Source: an uncultured Thermodesulfobacteriota bacterium (GTDB lineage: Bacteria > Desulfobacterota > WTBG01 > CAIYCZ01). Taken from it: a DNA stretch of 64,000 nucleotides. The notes below the pieces were generated by a model that was not told the origin of the DNA, ran no database searches, and saw only the letters and a program-made list of their open reading frames with translations. This document shows positions 1 to 11,075 of this stretch, one piece after another (the stretch's first letter is position 1; the number at the start of each line of letters is the position of its first letter). The position numbers and the translations under genes are program-made. The DNA lies in NCBI GenBank assembly GCA_964594075.1, contig CAZQKW010000004.1:38171-102170 (forward strand), in the 5' to 3' direction.

Positions 1-270
1 CGGCATGGTAGCAATCTGGGCCAATCCGGCGCTGCTCCAGACCACCTCTGCACGCTGTTTATCTATGCGCGCTGCGAGCGCGGCAGCAGCGGTTTCACTG
101 GCAAGACACACCAGACGCGGCTGAAATTGCCGCACCTGTTCAGCAATCTTTTTTACGTTTTTCCCTGCCGCCAGACCGACGATGCGAAACTTTTCGGGAT
201 GCGCTGCGCAGACCTTTAATGCTGCAGTCCCGATGGATCCGGTAGAGCCGATAATTGCAACTGTTTTCAT
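1..270 (-). CDS. dxr: 1-deoxy-D-xylulose 5-phosphate reductoisomerase, N-terminal fragment (runs off window start)
   Basis: The reverse-complement translation starts MKTVAIIGSTGSIGTAALKV, a Rossmann NADPH motif typical of Dxr. It follows cdsA in the conserved uppS-cdsA-dxr order. Confidence 0.75.
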   Translation of the reverse strand, partial: MKTVAIIGSTGSIGTAALKVCAAHPEKFRIVGLAAGKNVKKIAEQVRQFQPRLVCLASETAAAALAARIDKQRAEVVWSSAGLAQIATMP

Positions 271-1106
271 TGCGGAAATGCCATGGTGACCCAAAAATAA
301 AAGAACGGCGCTGCAAAAAGCAGACTGTCAAGCCGATCAAGAGCGCCCCCATGGCCGGGGAAAACACTGCCTGAATCCTTGATGCCAAATGCCCGTTTCA
401 GCACCGATTCGCCGAGGTCACCGAATTGATTCATAATGTTTATACCCATGCCGGCGCACATGCTGCTTAACGGACTGGCGTTTTGCAGAAGCAGCACACT
501 GCACGCCAGCGCAGTTATTATCCCGCCGACCAGGCCGCCAAGTGCTCCTTCAATGGTTTTCTTCGGACTGATGCCCGGGCACAGCGGGTGTTTGCCTTTC
601 CATGAACCGACAAAAAATGATGCGGCATCGCCCGCCCAGGTTACAAAAAGGAGAAACAGGATGAGCACAGGTCCGCCGGGCTGGACATGGATCAGCAGCA
701 TAAAGGAAAAAAACAGACTGATGTAAAAAACCCCTAACACAGTAAGTGCGAGCCGGTTTATAGTTTGCGCCATATCCCGCGCCATAAAGATATGATACAC
801 GAACAGCGCCAGAATACTGCCGGCACAACCACAAAGTGTTAAAAAATAGGTGCTGCCGCCGGTTGCTGAATAGCCGCGCGATTCAACAAATACGCAGATC
901 ACGATGAATATGCCCAGTGTTATGCCGATAAATCGCTCCCGGTAATGTTCTGGTGGTATTGCTGCCCGAAAAAACTCATAGAGTCCCAGAGCCGTGAACA
1001 CCAGCACCAGGAATAAAAATACCAGCTCTCCGCCCCAGACGATGGCCGCGGTAACCAGTGGAATCGTAATCAGTGCCGTGATGATGCGTTGCAGAAGCAT
1101 GAACAA
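267..1106 (-). CDS. cdsA: phosphatidate cytidylyltransferase (CDP-diglyceride synthase)
   Basis: 279-aa multi-TM protein with a CdsA-like C-terminal signature (SxLKRxxGxKDSG, FPGHGGxLDRxDS) and conserved operon context. Confidence 0.85.
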   Translation of the reverse strand: MFMLLQRIITALITIPLVTAAIVWGGELVFLFLVLVFTALGLYEFFRAAIPPEHYRERFIGITLGIFIVICVFVESRGYSATGGSTYFLTLCGCAGSILALFVYHIFMARDMAQTINRLALTVLGVFYISLFFSFMLLIHVQPGGPVLILFLLFVTWAGDAASFFVGSWKGKHPLCPGISPKKTIEGALGGLVGGIITALACSVLLLQNASPLSSMCAGMGINIMNQFGDLGESVLKRAFGIKDSGSVFPGHGGALDRLDSLLFAAPFFYFWVTMAFPQ

Positions 1107-1121
1107 CTGTAGAGGATTTGT

Positions 1122-1859
1122 TTATCGTTCGCCGATCTGTTCACCGGTGAGGCCAAACCGCCGCTCCCGTTTCTGATAATCAATAAGTGCTTTGTATAGA
1201 TCCTGCTTTCTAAAATCCGGCCACAGCACATCGGTCACATATATCTCAGTATAGGCAAGCTGCCAGAGCAAAAAATTGCTGATGCGCATTTCGCCGCTGG
1301 TTCGTATGAGCAGGTCAGGATCGGGAAGTCCTGCAGTATAAAGTTCTTGCGAAAACACTTCCTCGTCAACATCGGCAGCAGTAAAGTTATTGGTTTGGGC
1401 TTTTTGCACAAGACGCGCGACGGCCCGCAGTATCTCATCCCTGCCGCCGTAGCTTAATGCGATATTCAAAATCATCCCGGTGTTGTTTTTGGTCTGCTCA
1501 ATGGCTTCATGAACAACCGCCTGCACATCTTCGGGAAGGCGTTCAATATGGCCAATAGTCTGCACCTTAATATTATTTTTATGCAGCTCGGCAAGCTCCA
1601 AGCGAATGAAGCGCTTAAGCAGCCTCATAAGCCCCCTGATTTCGGTTTTTGGTCGTTTCCAGTTTTCCTGCGAGAATGCGTAAAGAGTAAGCGCCTGAAT
1701 GCCCAGCTCCCGGCAACACTTCACCACTTCTTTAACCGACTCCATGCCTTTTTGGTGGCCTTTGAGCCGTGCTAAAGCGCGGCGTTTTGCCCATCGGCCA
1801 TTGCCATCCATAATGATTGCTATGTGCCGTGGTAATTTTTCTCTATTAAGTCTATCCAT
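1122..1859 (-). CDS. uppS: undecaprenyl diphosphate synthase (cis-prenyltransferase)
   Basis: HIAIIMDGNGRWA and YAFSxENWxRP motifs; 245 aa. Confidence 0.9.
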   Translation of the reverse strand: MDRLNREKLPRHIAIIMDGNGRWAKRRALARLKGHQKGMESVKEVVKCCRELGIQALTLYAFSQENWKRPKTEIRGLMRLLKRFIRLELAELHKNNIKVQTIGHIERLPEDVQAVVHEAIEQTKNNTGMILNIALSYGGRDEILRAVARLVQKAQTNNFTAADVDEEVFSQELYTAGLPDPDLLIRTSGEMRISNFLLWQLAYTEIYVTDVLWPDFRKQDLYKALIDYQKRERRFGLTGEQIGER

Positions 1860-2430
1860 ATGGGAAACAGCGCACTATCGCTGCCTTTATTACGTAAAAA
1901 TCATTCGACTCAAACCCGTTAATAATTTTAAAAAATATCATATAACCGTATCGGCCTCAAGCACTATAACACACCACAAACGTTACCCAAAATATTACCT
2001 TGTTGCGAGCGGAGGAACACCGAAGCGTTTTTTCTCCGCCGCACCACTATGCTCATGGGCCGGCAGCACACCCGGCGTGGACAGTTGTGTTGAAACAATG
2101 AAACAAACCTCCCGGTGCTCGTGTTTTGCTGTTTCTGTGTGCAACCCTCCCGGTTTCCTATCGTTTACAACATTTATCTGCATATTAGAAAGAATTTTTG
2201 GGGGAACATCCTGCTATGACACGATACGTCCCACCGCGTTATGACGGCCCGTGGAGAGGCAGGAAAACAATTCCCTGCCAATAACAATACCGGCTGACTG
2301 CTAATGATTTCATTGATGTGAGGAAATTAGGACTGAATGGGGCGGATGTATGACAGAATCGAAAAGGATCATTAAAAAATTTGCAAAGCAAGATGCGGGG
2401 CACCAGCGAACCGGTTACCCCGCGATCATG

Positions 2431-2604
2431 TTACTTTTCCTCGATAATTGCTTCTGTCGGGCACACATCTTTACAGGTGCCGCATTCTGTGCATTTTTCC
2501 TGATCGATGACATAGGTATCGGTTCCTTCAGAAATTGCATCAGAAGGACATTCCTCGGCACAGGTACCGCAGGAAACACAATCATTAGTAATCTTAAATG
2601 CCAT
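2431..2604 (-). CDS. small 4Fe-4S ferredoxin (57 aa), not in ORF track
   Basis: I translated the minus strand by hand: MAFKITNDCVSCGTCAEECPSDAISEGTDTYVIDQEKCTECGTCKDVCPTEAIIEEK. It has two CxxCxxCxxxCP clusters and a GGAGGTG Shine-Dalgarno 8 nt upstream. It sits between frr and uppS. Confidence 0.7.
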   Translation of the reverse strand: MAFKITNDCVSCGTCAEECPSDAISEGTDTYVIDQEKCTECGTCKDVCPTEAIIEEK

Positions 2605-2643
2605 GTAGTGTCACCTCCTTATTCTAATATAACAGGGAATGGT

Positions 2644-3201
2644 TTAGAACTCCAGAATTTCTTTTTCTTTTGCCAACGTCAGCTCATCACACTTTTTTAT
2701 ATACTCGTCCGTTATGTCCTGAACTTCTTTCTGTCCCTTAAAAAAATCATCCTCTGAAATTTCTTTGTCCTTTTTCATGCGTTTGAGCTCTTCATTAATA
2801 TCTCGCCGGTGGTTGCGCATGGATACTTTGCAGGTTTCGGCCATTTTTTTTACCACTTTTACCAGTTCCATTCTGCGCTGCTCGGTGAGTGGGGGGATAG
2901 CCACTCTGATTATTTTGCCGTCGTTAACCGGCGTCAGTCCCAGATCTGACTTCTGAATTGCTTTCTCAATCTCCTTGACCGCCGTAGCATCCCACGGCTG
3001 AATGGTTATGAGGCGCGGTTCCGGCACAGACAGTGTGGCCAACTGGTTCAGCGGGGTGAGCGTCCCGTAATAATCAATTTTAATGCCGTCAAGCAGCGCA
3101 ATTGACGCCCTTCCGGTGCGCACTCTGCTGAATTCCCGCTTCAGGGAATCAAGGCTTTTTTCCATCTCCATATTTAGCTTCTGGATATAGTCAGTTCCCA
3201 T
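2644..3201 (-). CDS. frr: ribosome recycling factor
   Basis: 185 aa with a typical Frr sequence and operon context after pyrH. Confidence 0.95.
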   Translation of the reverse strand: MGTDYIQKLNMEMEKSLDSLKREFSRVRTGRASIALLDGIKIDYYGTLTPLNQLATLSVPEPRLITIQPWDATAVKEIEKAIQKSDLGLTPVNDGKIIRVAIPPLTEQRRMELVKVVKKMAETCKVSMRNHRRDINEELKRMKKDKEISEDDFFKGQKEVQDITDEYIKKCDELTLAKEKEILEF

Positions 3202-3204
3202 AAC

Positions 3205-3933
3205 TCAACTCCGAATATGAGTTCCGATCTTTTTTCCCAAAACTGCCTTGCAGATATTTCCCGAAATGGTCATATTAAACACGATGATCGGCAGATTATT
3301 GTCCATGCACAGCGTAATTGCAGTAAGATCCATCACTTTCAAGTTTTTTGCAATAACATCCTGATAGGAAATCACAGCGAATTTTCTGGCGCGCGGATCT
3401 TTAACCGGATCACGGTCATAAACCCCGTCAACCTTGGTTGCTTTTAATATGACGTCGGCATTTATTTCAATAGCGCGCAACGCCGCGGCCGTGTCCGAGG
3501 AAAAAAACGGATTGCCGGTGCCGGCGGCAAAGATAACCACCCGTCTTTTTTCCAGATGCCGTGTAGCCCGACGCCGGATGAACGGCTCTGCAATCTGACG
3601 CATCTCAATTGCCGAAAGCACGCGGGTCGGAACCTCTCGCTTTTCCAAGCAGTCCTGGAGCGCCAGACTATTCATCACCGTAGCCAGCATTCCCATATAA
3701 TCGGCGGCAACCCGATCCATGCCCCGGGCGCTTTCCGAATTCCCCCGAAAAATATTGCCCCCGCCAATAACAATACCGATCTCGGTTCCCAGATCGTAAA
3801 TCTGCTTGACCTCGCCGGCAATGCTGCCCATCACATCAGCACTGATGCCGTATTCCTTGCTGCCGCTCAACACTTCACCGCTCAATTTCAGCAAAATACG
3901 TTTATAGGTGAGGCTGCGGGGATTTTTTGCCAT
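3205..3933 (-). CDS. pyrH: UMP kinase
   Basis: LLKLSGE and GGGNIFRG motifs; 242 aa. Confidence 0.95.
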   Translation of the reverse strand: MAKNPRSLTYKRILLKLSGEVLSGSKEYGISADVMGSIAGEVKQIYDLGTEIGIVIGGGNIFRGNSESARGMDRVAADYMGMLATVMNSLALQDCLEKREVPTRVLSAIEMRQIAEPFIRRRATRHLEKRRVVIFAAGTGNPFFSSDTAAALRAIEINADVILKATKVDGVYDRDPVKDPRARKFAVISYQDVIAKNLKVMDLTAITLCMDNNLPIIVFNMTISGNICKAVLGKKIGTHIRS

Positions 3934-3950
3934 GGAAATATTCCAAACAG

Positions 3951-4556
3951 TCAGTTGGTTTCGCCGAGTTGAAAACGGCTGAAACGGCTCACGCTCACAT
4001 TCTCGCCAAACTTTGCAATGATCCCTTTGATAAGTTCCTGAACGGTGATTTTATCATCTTTTACAAACGGCTGATCCAGAAGACAGACCTCTGAATAAAA
4101 TTTTTCCAGCCGGCCTTCGACAATTTTTTCCATTACGTTTTCGGGCTTATTTAGATTCTGTGCCTGGGTGCGCAGTATCCGCCGCTCCTGTTCCAGAACT
4201 TCCGCGGGCACTTCTTCGCGGCGCACATAGCGGGGGCTTGCCGCGGCAATGTGCATGGCAAGATCTTTGGTGAACACTGCAAATTCAGGGCTCTTGGCAA
4301 CAAAATCCGTTTCGCAGTTCACTTCCAGCAGCACGCCAATTTTATCGCCCGGATGAACATAAGCAACGATCTTGCCTTCATTGGTGGCGCGGCTCATCTT
4401 TTTCTGCGCCGATGCAATCCCCTTCTCCCTGAGATATATGACCGCTTTGTCAATATCATTGCCGCTCGCGCGCAAAGCCTCCCTGCAATCAAGGATCGGG
4501 GCGCCGGTCAGCGATCTCAATTCTTTTACTCGCGACGCATCTATCTCCATTAACAA
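3951..4556 (-). CDS. tsf: translation elongation factor Ts (short form)
   Basis: N-terminal UBA-like LRxxTGAGxxDCKxAL and a TDFVA motif; 201 aa. Confidence 0.9.
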   Translation of the reverse strand: MLMEIDASRVKELRSLTGAPILDCREALRASGNDIDKAVIYLREKGIASAQKKMSRATNEGKIVAYVHPGDKIGVLLEVNCETDFVAKSPEFAVFTKDLAMHIAAASPRYVRREEVPAEVLEQERRILRTQAQNLNKPENVMEKIVEGRLEKFYSEVCLLDQPFVKDDKITVQELIKGIIAKFGENVSVSRFSRFQLGETN

Positions 4557-4595
4557 CCTCCCTTTCCAACAATCTCGATCACAATGCCTGTTTTG

Positions 4596-5381
4596 CTAAT
4601 CCTCAAACTCTGTATCGTCAAACTCGAGTTCCTCGCCCTTTTCTGCGGGTTCGGGTTCCATGAGATAGCCCTTGTCAGTCTGAATGCGCTCTTCTCTCCT
4701 GCGGTCGCCCTCAATGCACGCATCGGCGATCTTCGCCGTAAACAGCCTTATGGCCCGGATGGCATCATCATTGCCGGGTATTATGTAATCCAGATCATCC
4801 GGATCACAATTAGTGTCCACAAGTCCTATTACCGGGATGCGCAATTTGCGGGCTTCGGCTACTGCAATCTTTTCCTTCTTGGGGTCCACCACAAACAGCG
4901 CGCCGGGAAGCCGGTCCATGTCCCGGATGCCTTCTAAAAGAAAGTTCAATTTGACCAGTTCCCGCTCCAGACCAAGGGCTTCTTTCTTTTTGAAATTTGC
5001 AAAACTGCCGTCGTTTTTCATCGTCTCCAGCTTTTTAAGCCGGTCAATATTCTTTTTAATAGTTTGAAAGTTGGTCAGGGTGCCGCCCAGCCACCGGTTG
5101 GTAACATAGAACATATGACAGCGCTGCGCTTCTTCTCGGATGGCATCCTGGGCCTGCCGTTTAGTGCCAACAAACAGCACGCTGTGCCCCTGGGCAACGG
5201 TCTCAACAATAAAATCATAGGCCTCTTTAAAAAGCACCACGGTTTTTTGTAAATCAATAATATAAATACCGTTGCGGGCGCCATAAATATAGGGTTTCAT
5301 CTTTGGGTTCCAGCGCCGTGTCTGATGCCCAAAGTGAACCCCTGCCTCTAAAAGCTGTTTCATGTTAATCAATTGTGCCAA
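4596..5381 (-). CDS. rpsB: 30S ribosomal protein S2
   Basis: [23 protein letters not shown]-terminus; 261 aa with an acidic C-terminus. Confidence 0.95.
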   Translation of the reverse strand: MAQLINMKQLLEAGVHFGHQTRRWNPKMKPYIYGARNGIYIIDLQKTVVLFKEAYDFIVETVAQGHSVLFVGTKRQAQDAIREEAQRCHMFYVTNRWLGGTLTNFQTIKKNIDRLKKLETMKNDGSFANFKKKEALGLERELVKLNFLLEGIRDMDRLPGALFVVDPKKEKIAVAEARKLRIPVIGLVDTNCDPDDLDYIIPGNDDAIRAIRLFTAKIADACIEGDRRREERIQTDKGYLMEPEPAEKGEELEFDDTEFED

Positions 5382-5614
5382 TCATGCCTCCTTAAATGTT
5401 ATGAGTTTATTGTAGGGTTTTAATAAAGGGTTTTGAATAAGGCCCCAAAATTTGCGCACCACATTGCTATCTATTTAAAATTTGTTGTTAATAGCATATT
5501 ACCGGGTACATATCAAGCCATATTTGCGCACAATGGCCACAAAATTACTGTGGCGGGAGTTTACACCTTGAGAGTGCTTTTGTGCGATTTTTTTAAAAAA
5601 TTTTTACGAAGGCT

Positions 5615-6814
5615 TTATGTGGAATAGCTGGCATTGATTTTCACATAGTCATAACTCAGATCGCAGGTAAAAACCTCATAGCTCCGTGTTCCGTTGCATA
5701 AATCAATACTGATGTCAAGCCGCCGGTTTTTGAAGATGTTCTTCAGCTTCGAACGGTTGCGGGCAAACTCCCGTCCCTTGGTTACTGCCGCCAGATTGTT
5801 TATCCTGATACCAACCTTTTCCGGATCAAATGCTGCGCCAGAATTTCCCAAGGCCGCCATGATTCTTCCCCAGTTAAAATCTCCCCCAAAGCATGCGGTC
5901 TTGAATAAGGGCGAATTCGCCACCCGAAAGGCAGCCTTTCGCGCATCGTCAAGCGTCCGCGCATGCTGCACGGCGATGGCAATCAATTTGGTTGCGCCCT
6001 CACCGTCGCGGACAATGAGCAGTGCAAGTTCCTGCATTACTTCGCGCACCAGAAGCGCAAACTGTTTATATTCTGCGGAGTTTTTTTTCTGGATGGGTTT
6101 GCGGGCATCGCCGTTTGCCAGCAGCAGCACGGTATCGTTGGTGCTGGTTTCCCCGTCAACACTAATTCTGTTAAATGTTTCATCAACCGTGTTTTTCAAT
6201 AGCTCGGCGAGCAAACCTTGTTTGAGCGACGCATTGGTGATTATAAAAGCAAGCATCGTGGCCATCTGCGGCATGATCATGCCTGAGCCTTTGGCAATTC
6301 CGCATACCTTGATGATGTTTCCTTGAATGACCGCGCTGCGCGTTACCACCTTGGGGATGGTATCGGTGGTCATGATCGCTTGAGCAAAATCCTCAAACCC
6401 GTTTGCAGATGCGCTGTTAATCAATCGGGGAAGCGCTTTTGTGATGGCAGCAACCGGCAGCGGAACGCCGATAATGCCGGTTGAGCAGGGAACCACCAGA
6501 TGGTCTGCGATGCCAAGGACTCGGGCGGTTTCGCTGCAGGTCAGGCGCGCTGCATGTATGCCCTCCGGCCCGGTGCACGCATTGGCATTCCCGCTGTTTA
6601 CCAGCACTGCCTGTATTGTGCCCTTTTGGAGTCTTTTTTTGCCAATTAGAACCGGCGCAGCCTTTACCCGGTTCTTGGTAAAAACGCCCGCAGCGACGCA
6701 CGGTTTCGTGCTTATCAGAATACCAAGATCCTTGGCGCCGTTCTTCTTTATTCCGGCAGCAATGCCGGCAGCTAAAAACCCGGGAATTCCCTCTTTGATA
6801 TTGAAAGACTTCAT
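5615..6814 (-). CDS. argJ: bifunctional glutamate N-acetyltransferase / amino-acid acetyltransferase ArgJ
   Basis: 399 aa with the autoproteolytic ATML site (QMATMLAFI), characteristic of ArgJ. Confidence 0.9.
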   Translation of the reverse strand: MKSFNIKEGIPGFLAAGIAAGIKKNGAKDLGILISTKPCVAAGVFTKNRVKAAPVLIGKKRLQKGTIQAVLVNSGNANACTGPEGIHAARLTCSETARVLGIADHLVVPCSTGIIGVPLPVAAITKALPRLINSASANGFEDFAQAIMTTDTIPKVVTRSAVIQGNIIKVCGIAKGSGMIMPQMATMLAFIITNASLKQGLLAELLKNTVDETFNRISVDGETSTNDTVLLLANGDARKPIQKKNSAEYKQFALLVREVMQELALLIVRDGEGATKLIAIAVQHARTLDDARKAAFRVANSPLFKTACFGGDFNWGRIMAALGNSGAAFDPEKVGIRINNLAAVTKGREFARNRSKLKNIFKNRRLDISIDLCNGTRSYEVFTCDLSYDYVKINASYST

Positions 6815-6993
6815 AGCGCAGTCCTCGTATCCAGAATGGTCAGCTCTGTGGAATTCTGGTGATTATTAAGGCTCAGGTTACATAGCATACAAAGCAATAA
6901 ATTCCAAGCAATAATGTGCAATAACTGTTGTTAAAAACTTAATTTTATGCTATTTTATCAATGAACTACTTACCTTTTAACCTACCCAGGCAT

Positions 6994-7353
6994 GGGGGCG
7001 AAAAGGGTTCGACGGGGGTTGTTGAAGCTTTAACTGCATACCGAGGTTCCTATCGCGGCTCGTAAAAAAGGTAGGATTAAACATAATCGCAGACGATTAT
7101 AATTACGCTCTGGCTGCCTAATCGCAGCCGGCGTTCCGCGTGTTTTCTCCTGCCGGACACAAAGGGGCGTCACTTCAGACAGGATAGCTCTTTTTCCTCT
7201 CTCAAGGGAATCTGAGCGAAACGTTTTGAGATAGCCTTTAAAGAATCCTGCTTCTGGGAGGCTTAAAAGGCGAACCCTAAAACAGAAGCTATGTATGTAG
7301 ATGTTAAAGTGGAAAGCTCTCGGACGGGGGTTCGATTCCCCCCGCCTCCACCA
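6994..7353 (+). ncRNA. ssrA: tmRNA (SsrA)
   Basis: The 5' end GGGGGCGAAAAGGGTTCGACGGGGGTTG and the 3' tRNA-like end GGACGGGGGTTCGATTCCCCCCGCCTCCACCA are tmRNA-like. An internal tag frame reads gca gac gat tat aat tac gct ctg gct gcc taa, giving ADDYNYALAA-stop. Confidence 0.85.
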
Positions 7354-7696
7354 TACTGTTGAATTAATTTAAGTCCGTAGCAGTTTTTTGCCGTAAAAAA
7401 GTCTTTGAATCAGATTTGAGCTTATAAAAAATAATCCTTGCTATGGGGAAATAGGTATGCTATTTACTATAGCAACATAAACAGTACACCGTTTGTTGAG
7501 CTTTTGAAATCCTGCAACTGGTATTTGTTTCACTAACGTTTTTAAAACATAGCTGTAGACAAAACTGATCGCAACCATGGTATTTCGCTCACCCAGTGGT
7601 TGCGATTTTTGCATATAAGGGCACTGCATACAGGCTGTACAAGATTCAATCCGCTAATGAACGGATTGCTACCCATTTAAGAAAGGATTTTATACA

Positions 7697-7897
7697 ATGA
7701 AAAATGGAACGGTAAAATGGTTTAACGAATCAAAGGGCTTTGGCTTTATTGAACAGGCCGACGGCGAAGATGTGTTTGTGCACTACTCAGGTATCAACGG
7801 TACCGGCCACAAGAGTCTTAGCGAAGGCGACCAAGTTTCTTTTGACGTCCAGAAAGGCCCCAAAGGTCTTCAGGCGATAAATGTCAGTAAGCTTTAA
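7697..7897 (+). CDS. cold-shock protein (CspA family)
   Basis: 66 aa with [12 protein letters not shown] and VFVHYS RNP motifs. Confidence 0.9.
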   Translation: MKNGTVKWFNESKGFGFIEQADGEDVFVHYSGINGTGHKSLSEGDQVSFDVQKGPKGLQAINVSKL

Positions 7898-7916
7898 TCT
7901 TACGTAGACTACTTGA

Positions 7917-7956
7917 AAATTCCAGTCTGCAGAGCGACAGATTGGAATTTTTTATT
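7917..7956 (+). terminator. putative intrinsic terminator after csp
   Basis: Hairpin AATTCCAGTCTG..CAGATTGGAATT followed by TTTTTT. Confidence 0.45.
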
Positions 7957-9164
7957 TAATATGGCCTCATGGATTCTAAGGTTGACACATCCGTATAACT
8001 ATGGTTTACTATTAAAACAGAAAAAACTTAATTAGAAGTTCTTGAAATTAGCAGAAAGCTCTCGGACTATCTAACTGTTCGTGAGCTTTTTTTATTTCCC
8101 GCTGCTGCGATTCACGGGTATTGCTGACGAAGATATTTTGGCACGGTCCTTAGGTTTCGCTGTCAGCTTACCGAGGTATCTTTTTTCTCACCATACCGGG
8201 AGGTGGATAAAAATGTAAAAAAATTATTGGCAGTGCACAGTCTATAGGATGAGCAACTTCTTAAACTCTTCATCGGTCCTGTCGCCGCATGATGGGCTTC
8301 CCAGAATTCGCAGTGAACTGCCGAGAAGTTGCTGAATTTGATATGTTGCACAATGGCCATATACGAGCAAGACAAATGGACATCCGAACATTACTGCCAC
8401 AGCGGTCTTGCTTCGCGAATGGCGCTTGTGAGAACCTAAACATTACAGGAAGGAGAAGTGCATAATGATAAAAATTGTCGTTGCCTATTTTGTCAACAAC
8501 ATTTCATTAGAAGATTGTTTGTATGCGCTGGGATTTTTAGCTATTGCCAGCCTATACCTAAAAACCATTTTGCAGCTAAACTGCGGATTCTAACGGCCGC
8601 ACCGTTAATTGAATACCGTTTTGCAAACAATGTTGTCCACAATACGAAATTGCCACGCCCCGCTTTGTAGCGGGGTCAAGCGGCAGGTATCGGAAACGAA
8701 GAATTAAGCTCCGGGAAGCCCCGCCGTGGAGGCGGGGAGCTTGACAACCTCCGGTACAATAATCATAGTATGGTCAGTGCGCGGAATCCCGCAGCGCAGG
8801 ATGACGAGGCACTCCCGTTTTAGAAACTATGCAACAACAAAATGGTAATGCCGTATGTGAGGCAGAAATGTTTTGCAAAATAAAGCTAAAGATTATTGAC
8901 TTGCAATTATTTACTGGAAAGGCTGGGACTGAAAGTGAATAGGGAATTTAAGCCTATTAACGGTGATCGCATAAAAGCGGCGGCAGGAATGCCGCCGCTT
9001 TTATTATTTAAGCCGAAAGGTGTGCGCTACGGTGTTCACACCCAATTATATGCGCTTTTAACAGGGATAAATTATTTTGCGGATAGCAAAAATATCGGGT
9101 AGAATATTTTATTAACGCTCAATCAAAAAGCCCCGACAGCAGCTCGGGATTTGGCTAAAGGAAG

Positions 9165-10085
9165 ATGTGCGGCATGGGATATATTATTGAAGCAGCCGGC
9201 TTAAAAAAAACCTTTGCAGATGTGGTTGCGGTTGACGGAATTTCCTTCGAGGTTACGCCGGGAGAATGTTTTGGCATCCTGGGGCCCAATGGCGCGGGGA
9301 AAACCACTACCGTACGGATGGTCTATGGGTTTTCACCCAAAACTGCAGGGACATTAAAAGTCTTTGGCCTTGATATTGACACCGAATGGCGCCGCATTAA
9401 AGCGCGCATCGGTGTCTGCACGCAGGAAAACAGTCTTGATCCGGACCTCACAGTAGAGCAGAACCTGCATGTGTTTGCGCGCTATTTTAATATTCCGCCT
9501 GCTGCCGCTCGCGAAAAAACCCGCAAACTTCTTGCGTTCATTGCTCTTGACCATCGCCGAACTGCGCGTGTTCCTGAGCTGTCCGGTGGCATGATGCGCC
9601 GGCTGGTGCTTGCGCGCGCGCTGCTTAATGACCCGGAATTGTTAATTCTTGACGAGCCGACCACCGGACTTGACCCGCAAGCGCGCCATCAGATATGGCA
9701 ACGGCTTGAAGAACTCAAAGCCGGCGGCCTCACCATTTTACTCACCACGCATTACATGGATGAAGCATCCCGGCTTTGCGACCGGCTGGTCATAATGGAT
9801 CACGGGCGCATTCTGGTTGCGGGGAAACCGGCGGATTTAATACGCGACCATGTGGGGCACAATGTTATTGAGGTTGATGGCCCGTGCGACGAACTGCGCG
9901 CATTCGTAAAAACGTTGCCCATAGAAAGCGAAGATCTCGGTCATCGCCTCATCATTTATGGCCAGGGCAGAGACGAGCTGTTTCACGAAATCGGCAATAA
10001 ATTCTGCACGGAGGGCTGCCTGCTGCGCATGGCCACGCTTGAAGATGTCTTTTTGCGGCTCACCGGAAGGGATTTGCGGGAATGA
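9165..10085 (+). CDS. ABC transporter ATP-binding protein (ABC-2 / NodI-DrrA-like exporter)
   Basis: Walker A GPNGAGKTT, signature LSGGMMRRL and Walker B LILDEPTTGLD. The true start may be the Met at 9174. Confidence 0.85.
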   Translation: MCGMGYIIEAAGLKKTFADVVAVDGISFEVTPGECFGILGPNGAGKTTTVRMVYGFSPKTAGTLKVFGLDIDTEWRRIKARIGVCTQENSLDPDLTVEQNLHVFARYFNIPPAAAREKTRKLLAFIALDHRRTARVPELSGGMMRRLVLARALLNDPELLILDEPTTGLDPQARHQIWQRLEELKAGGLTILLTTHYMDEASRLCDRLVIMDHGRILVAGKPADLIRDHVGHNVIEVDGPCDELRAFVKTLPIESEDLGHRLIIYGQGRDELFHEIGNKFCTEGCLLRMATLEDVFLRLTGRDLRE

Positions 10086-10873
10086 GCACGCCCTGGTATC
10101 GCAATATATCAAAACGGTTTGTGCGCGTATGGCAGCGCAACCTTACCGTGTATCAGAAAATATGGAAAATAAGTTTTGTGCCTCCGCTGTGTGAACCCCT
10201 GTTTTATCTGCTTGCTTTCGGTATCGGCTTTGGCGCTCTGGTCGGTAAAATCAAGTATCAGGGGTTTGAGCTGTCCTATCTCATATTCTTAGCACCGGCG
10301 CTGCTGGCTATAAACATCATGAATAACGCATTTTTTGAAAACACCTATGCGTCATTTGTCCGCATGTATCACCAAAAAACATTTGACGCCATGCTGACCA
10401 CGCCGCTCTCTATTGATGAAATTATCACCGGCGAAATCATGTGGGGCGCAACCAAATCACTGATTGCCACCGGCATTATGCAGGCGGTGCTGAGCATTTT
10501 TGGCCTGATTTCCTACCCGTCCGGTCTGTTCATATTGCCGCTGGCGTTCGTGGGGGGCATTGCCTTCGGTGCGATCGGCATGTTCTTCACAGCCATTACG
10601 CCGACTATAGATATGTTCAACCTGCCGGTATTTCTATTCATTACGCCTATGTTTCTCTTCAGCGGCACCTTCTTCCCCCTACAAAACCTTCCGGCATGGG
10701 CGCAGACTCTTTCCATTGTGTTTCCGCTTACCCATCTGGTCACCCTCGTGCGGTCACTGAGTTTAGGCATACTGCATGCAGATCTTCTGTGGAATATTGT
10801 TTATCTGGTCGTCTTCTGCGCGGTGTTCTTTCCGCTTGCCATCATCAAAATGCGCAACCGGCTTATAAAATAA
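10082..10873 (+). CDS. ABC-2 family transporter permease
   Basis: 263 aa with six predicted TM helices. The start overlaps the ATPase stop, suggesting translational coupling. Confidence 0.8.
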   Translation: MSTPWYRNISKRFVRVWQRNLTVYQKIWKISFVPPLCEPLFYLLAFGIGFGALVGKIKYQGFELSYLIFLAPALLAINIMNNAFFENTYASFVRMYHQKTFDAMLTTPLSIDEIITGEIMWGATKSLIATGIMQAVLSIFGLISYPSGLFILPLAFVGGIAFGAIGMFFTAITPTIDMFNLPVFLFITPMFLFSGTFFPLQNLPAWAQTLSIVFPLTHLVTLVRSLSLGILHADLLWNIVYLVVFCAVFFPLAIIKMRNRLIK

Positions 10874-11075
10874 CCCGCAACATTGCTGTGCTGTTTTTCT
10901 GCTTTTTCGATGAGCATTTTCAAACCTGAATACTTTCGCAATACCCACAAGGAAAAACTCCCTGCGCACTGCGGTTACAGCAAAGAACTATTTTAGGTAA
11001 TGTTCTGAACTGCTTTTAGATTGACACCATTGCCGGTTTTTTTTATAGTGTAACCTCATGTAACGGAGAGAACCT

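Noticed and set aside
1699-2244. 181-aa plus-strand ORF in the uppS-ferredoxin intergenic region
   Set aside because: It overlaps the uppS 5' end on the opposite strand. Composition is low-complexity with no Shine-Dalgarno, so it is likely spurious.
2350-2757. 135-aa plus-strand ORF
   Set aside because: It is the antisense shadow of the hand-translated minus-strand ferredoxin (2431..2604) and the frr 3' end, and has no motif of its own.
5694-6326. 210-aa plus-strand ORF
   Set aside because: It is antisense to argJ, which has the diagnostic ATML site.
8700-8780. Possible sigma70 promoter TTGACA...TACAAT near 8747
   Set aside because: Spacer lengths do not fit 16-18 nt for any plausible -10 hexamer.
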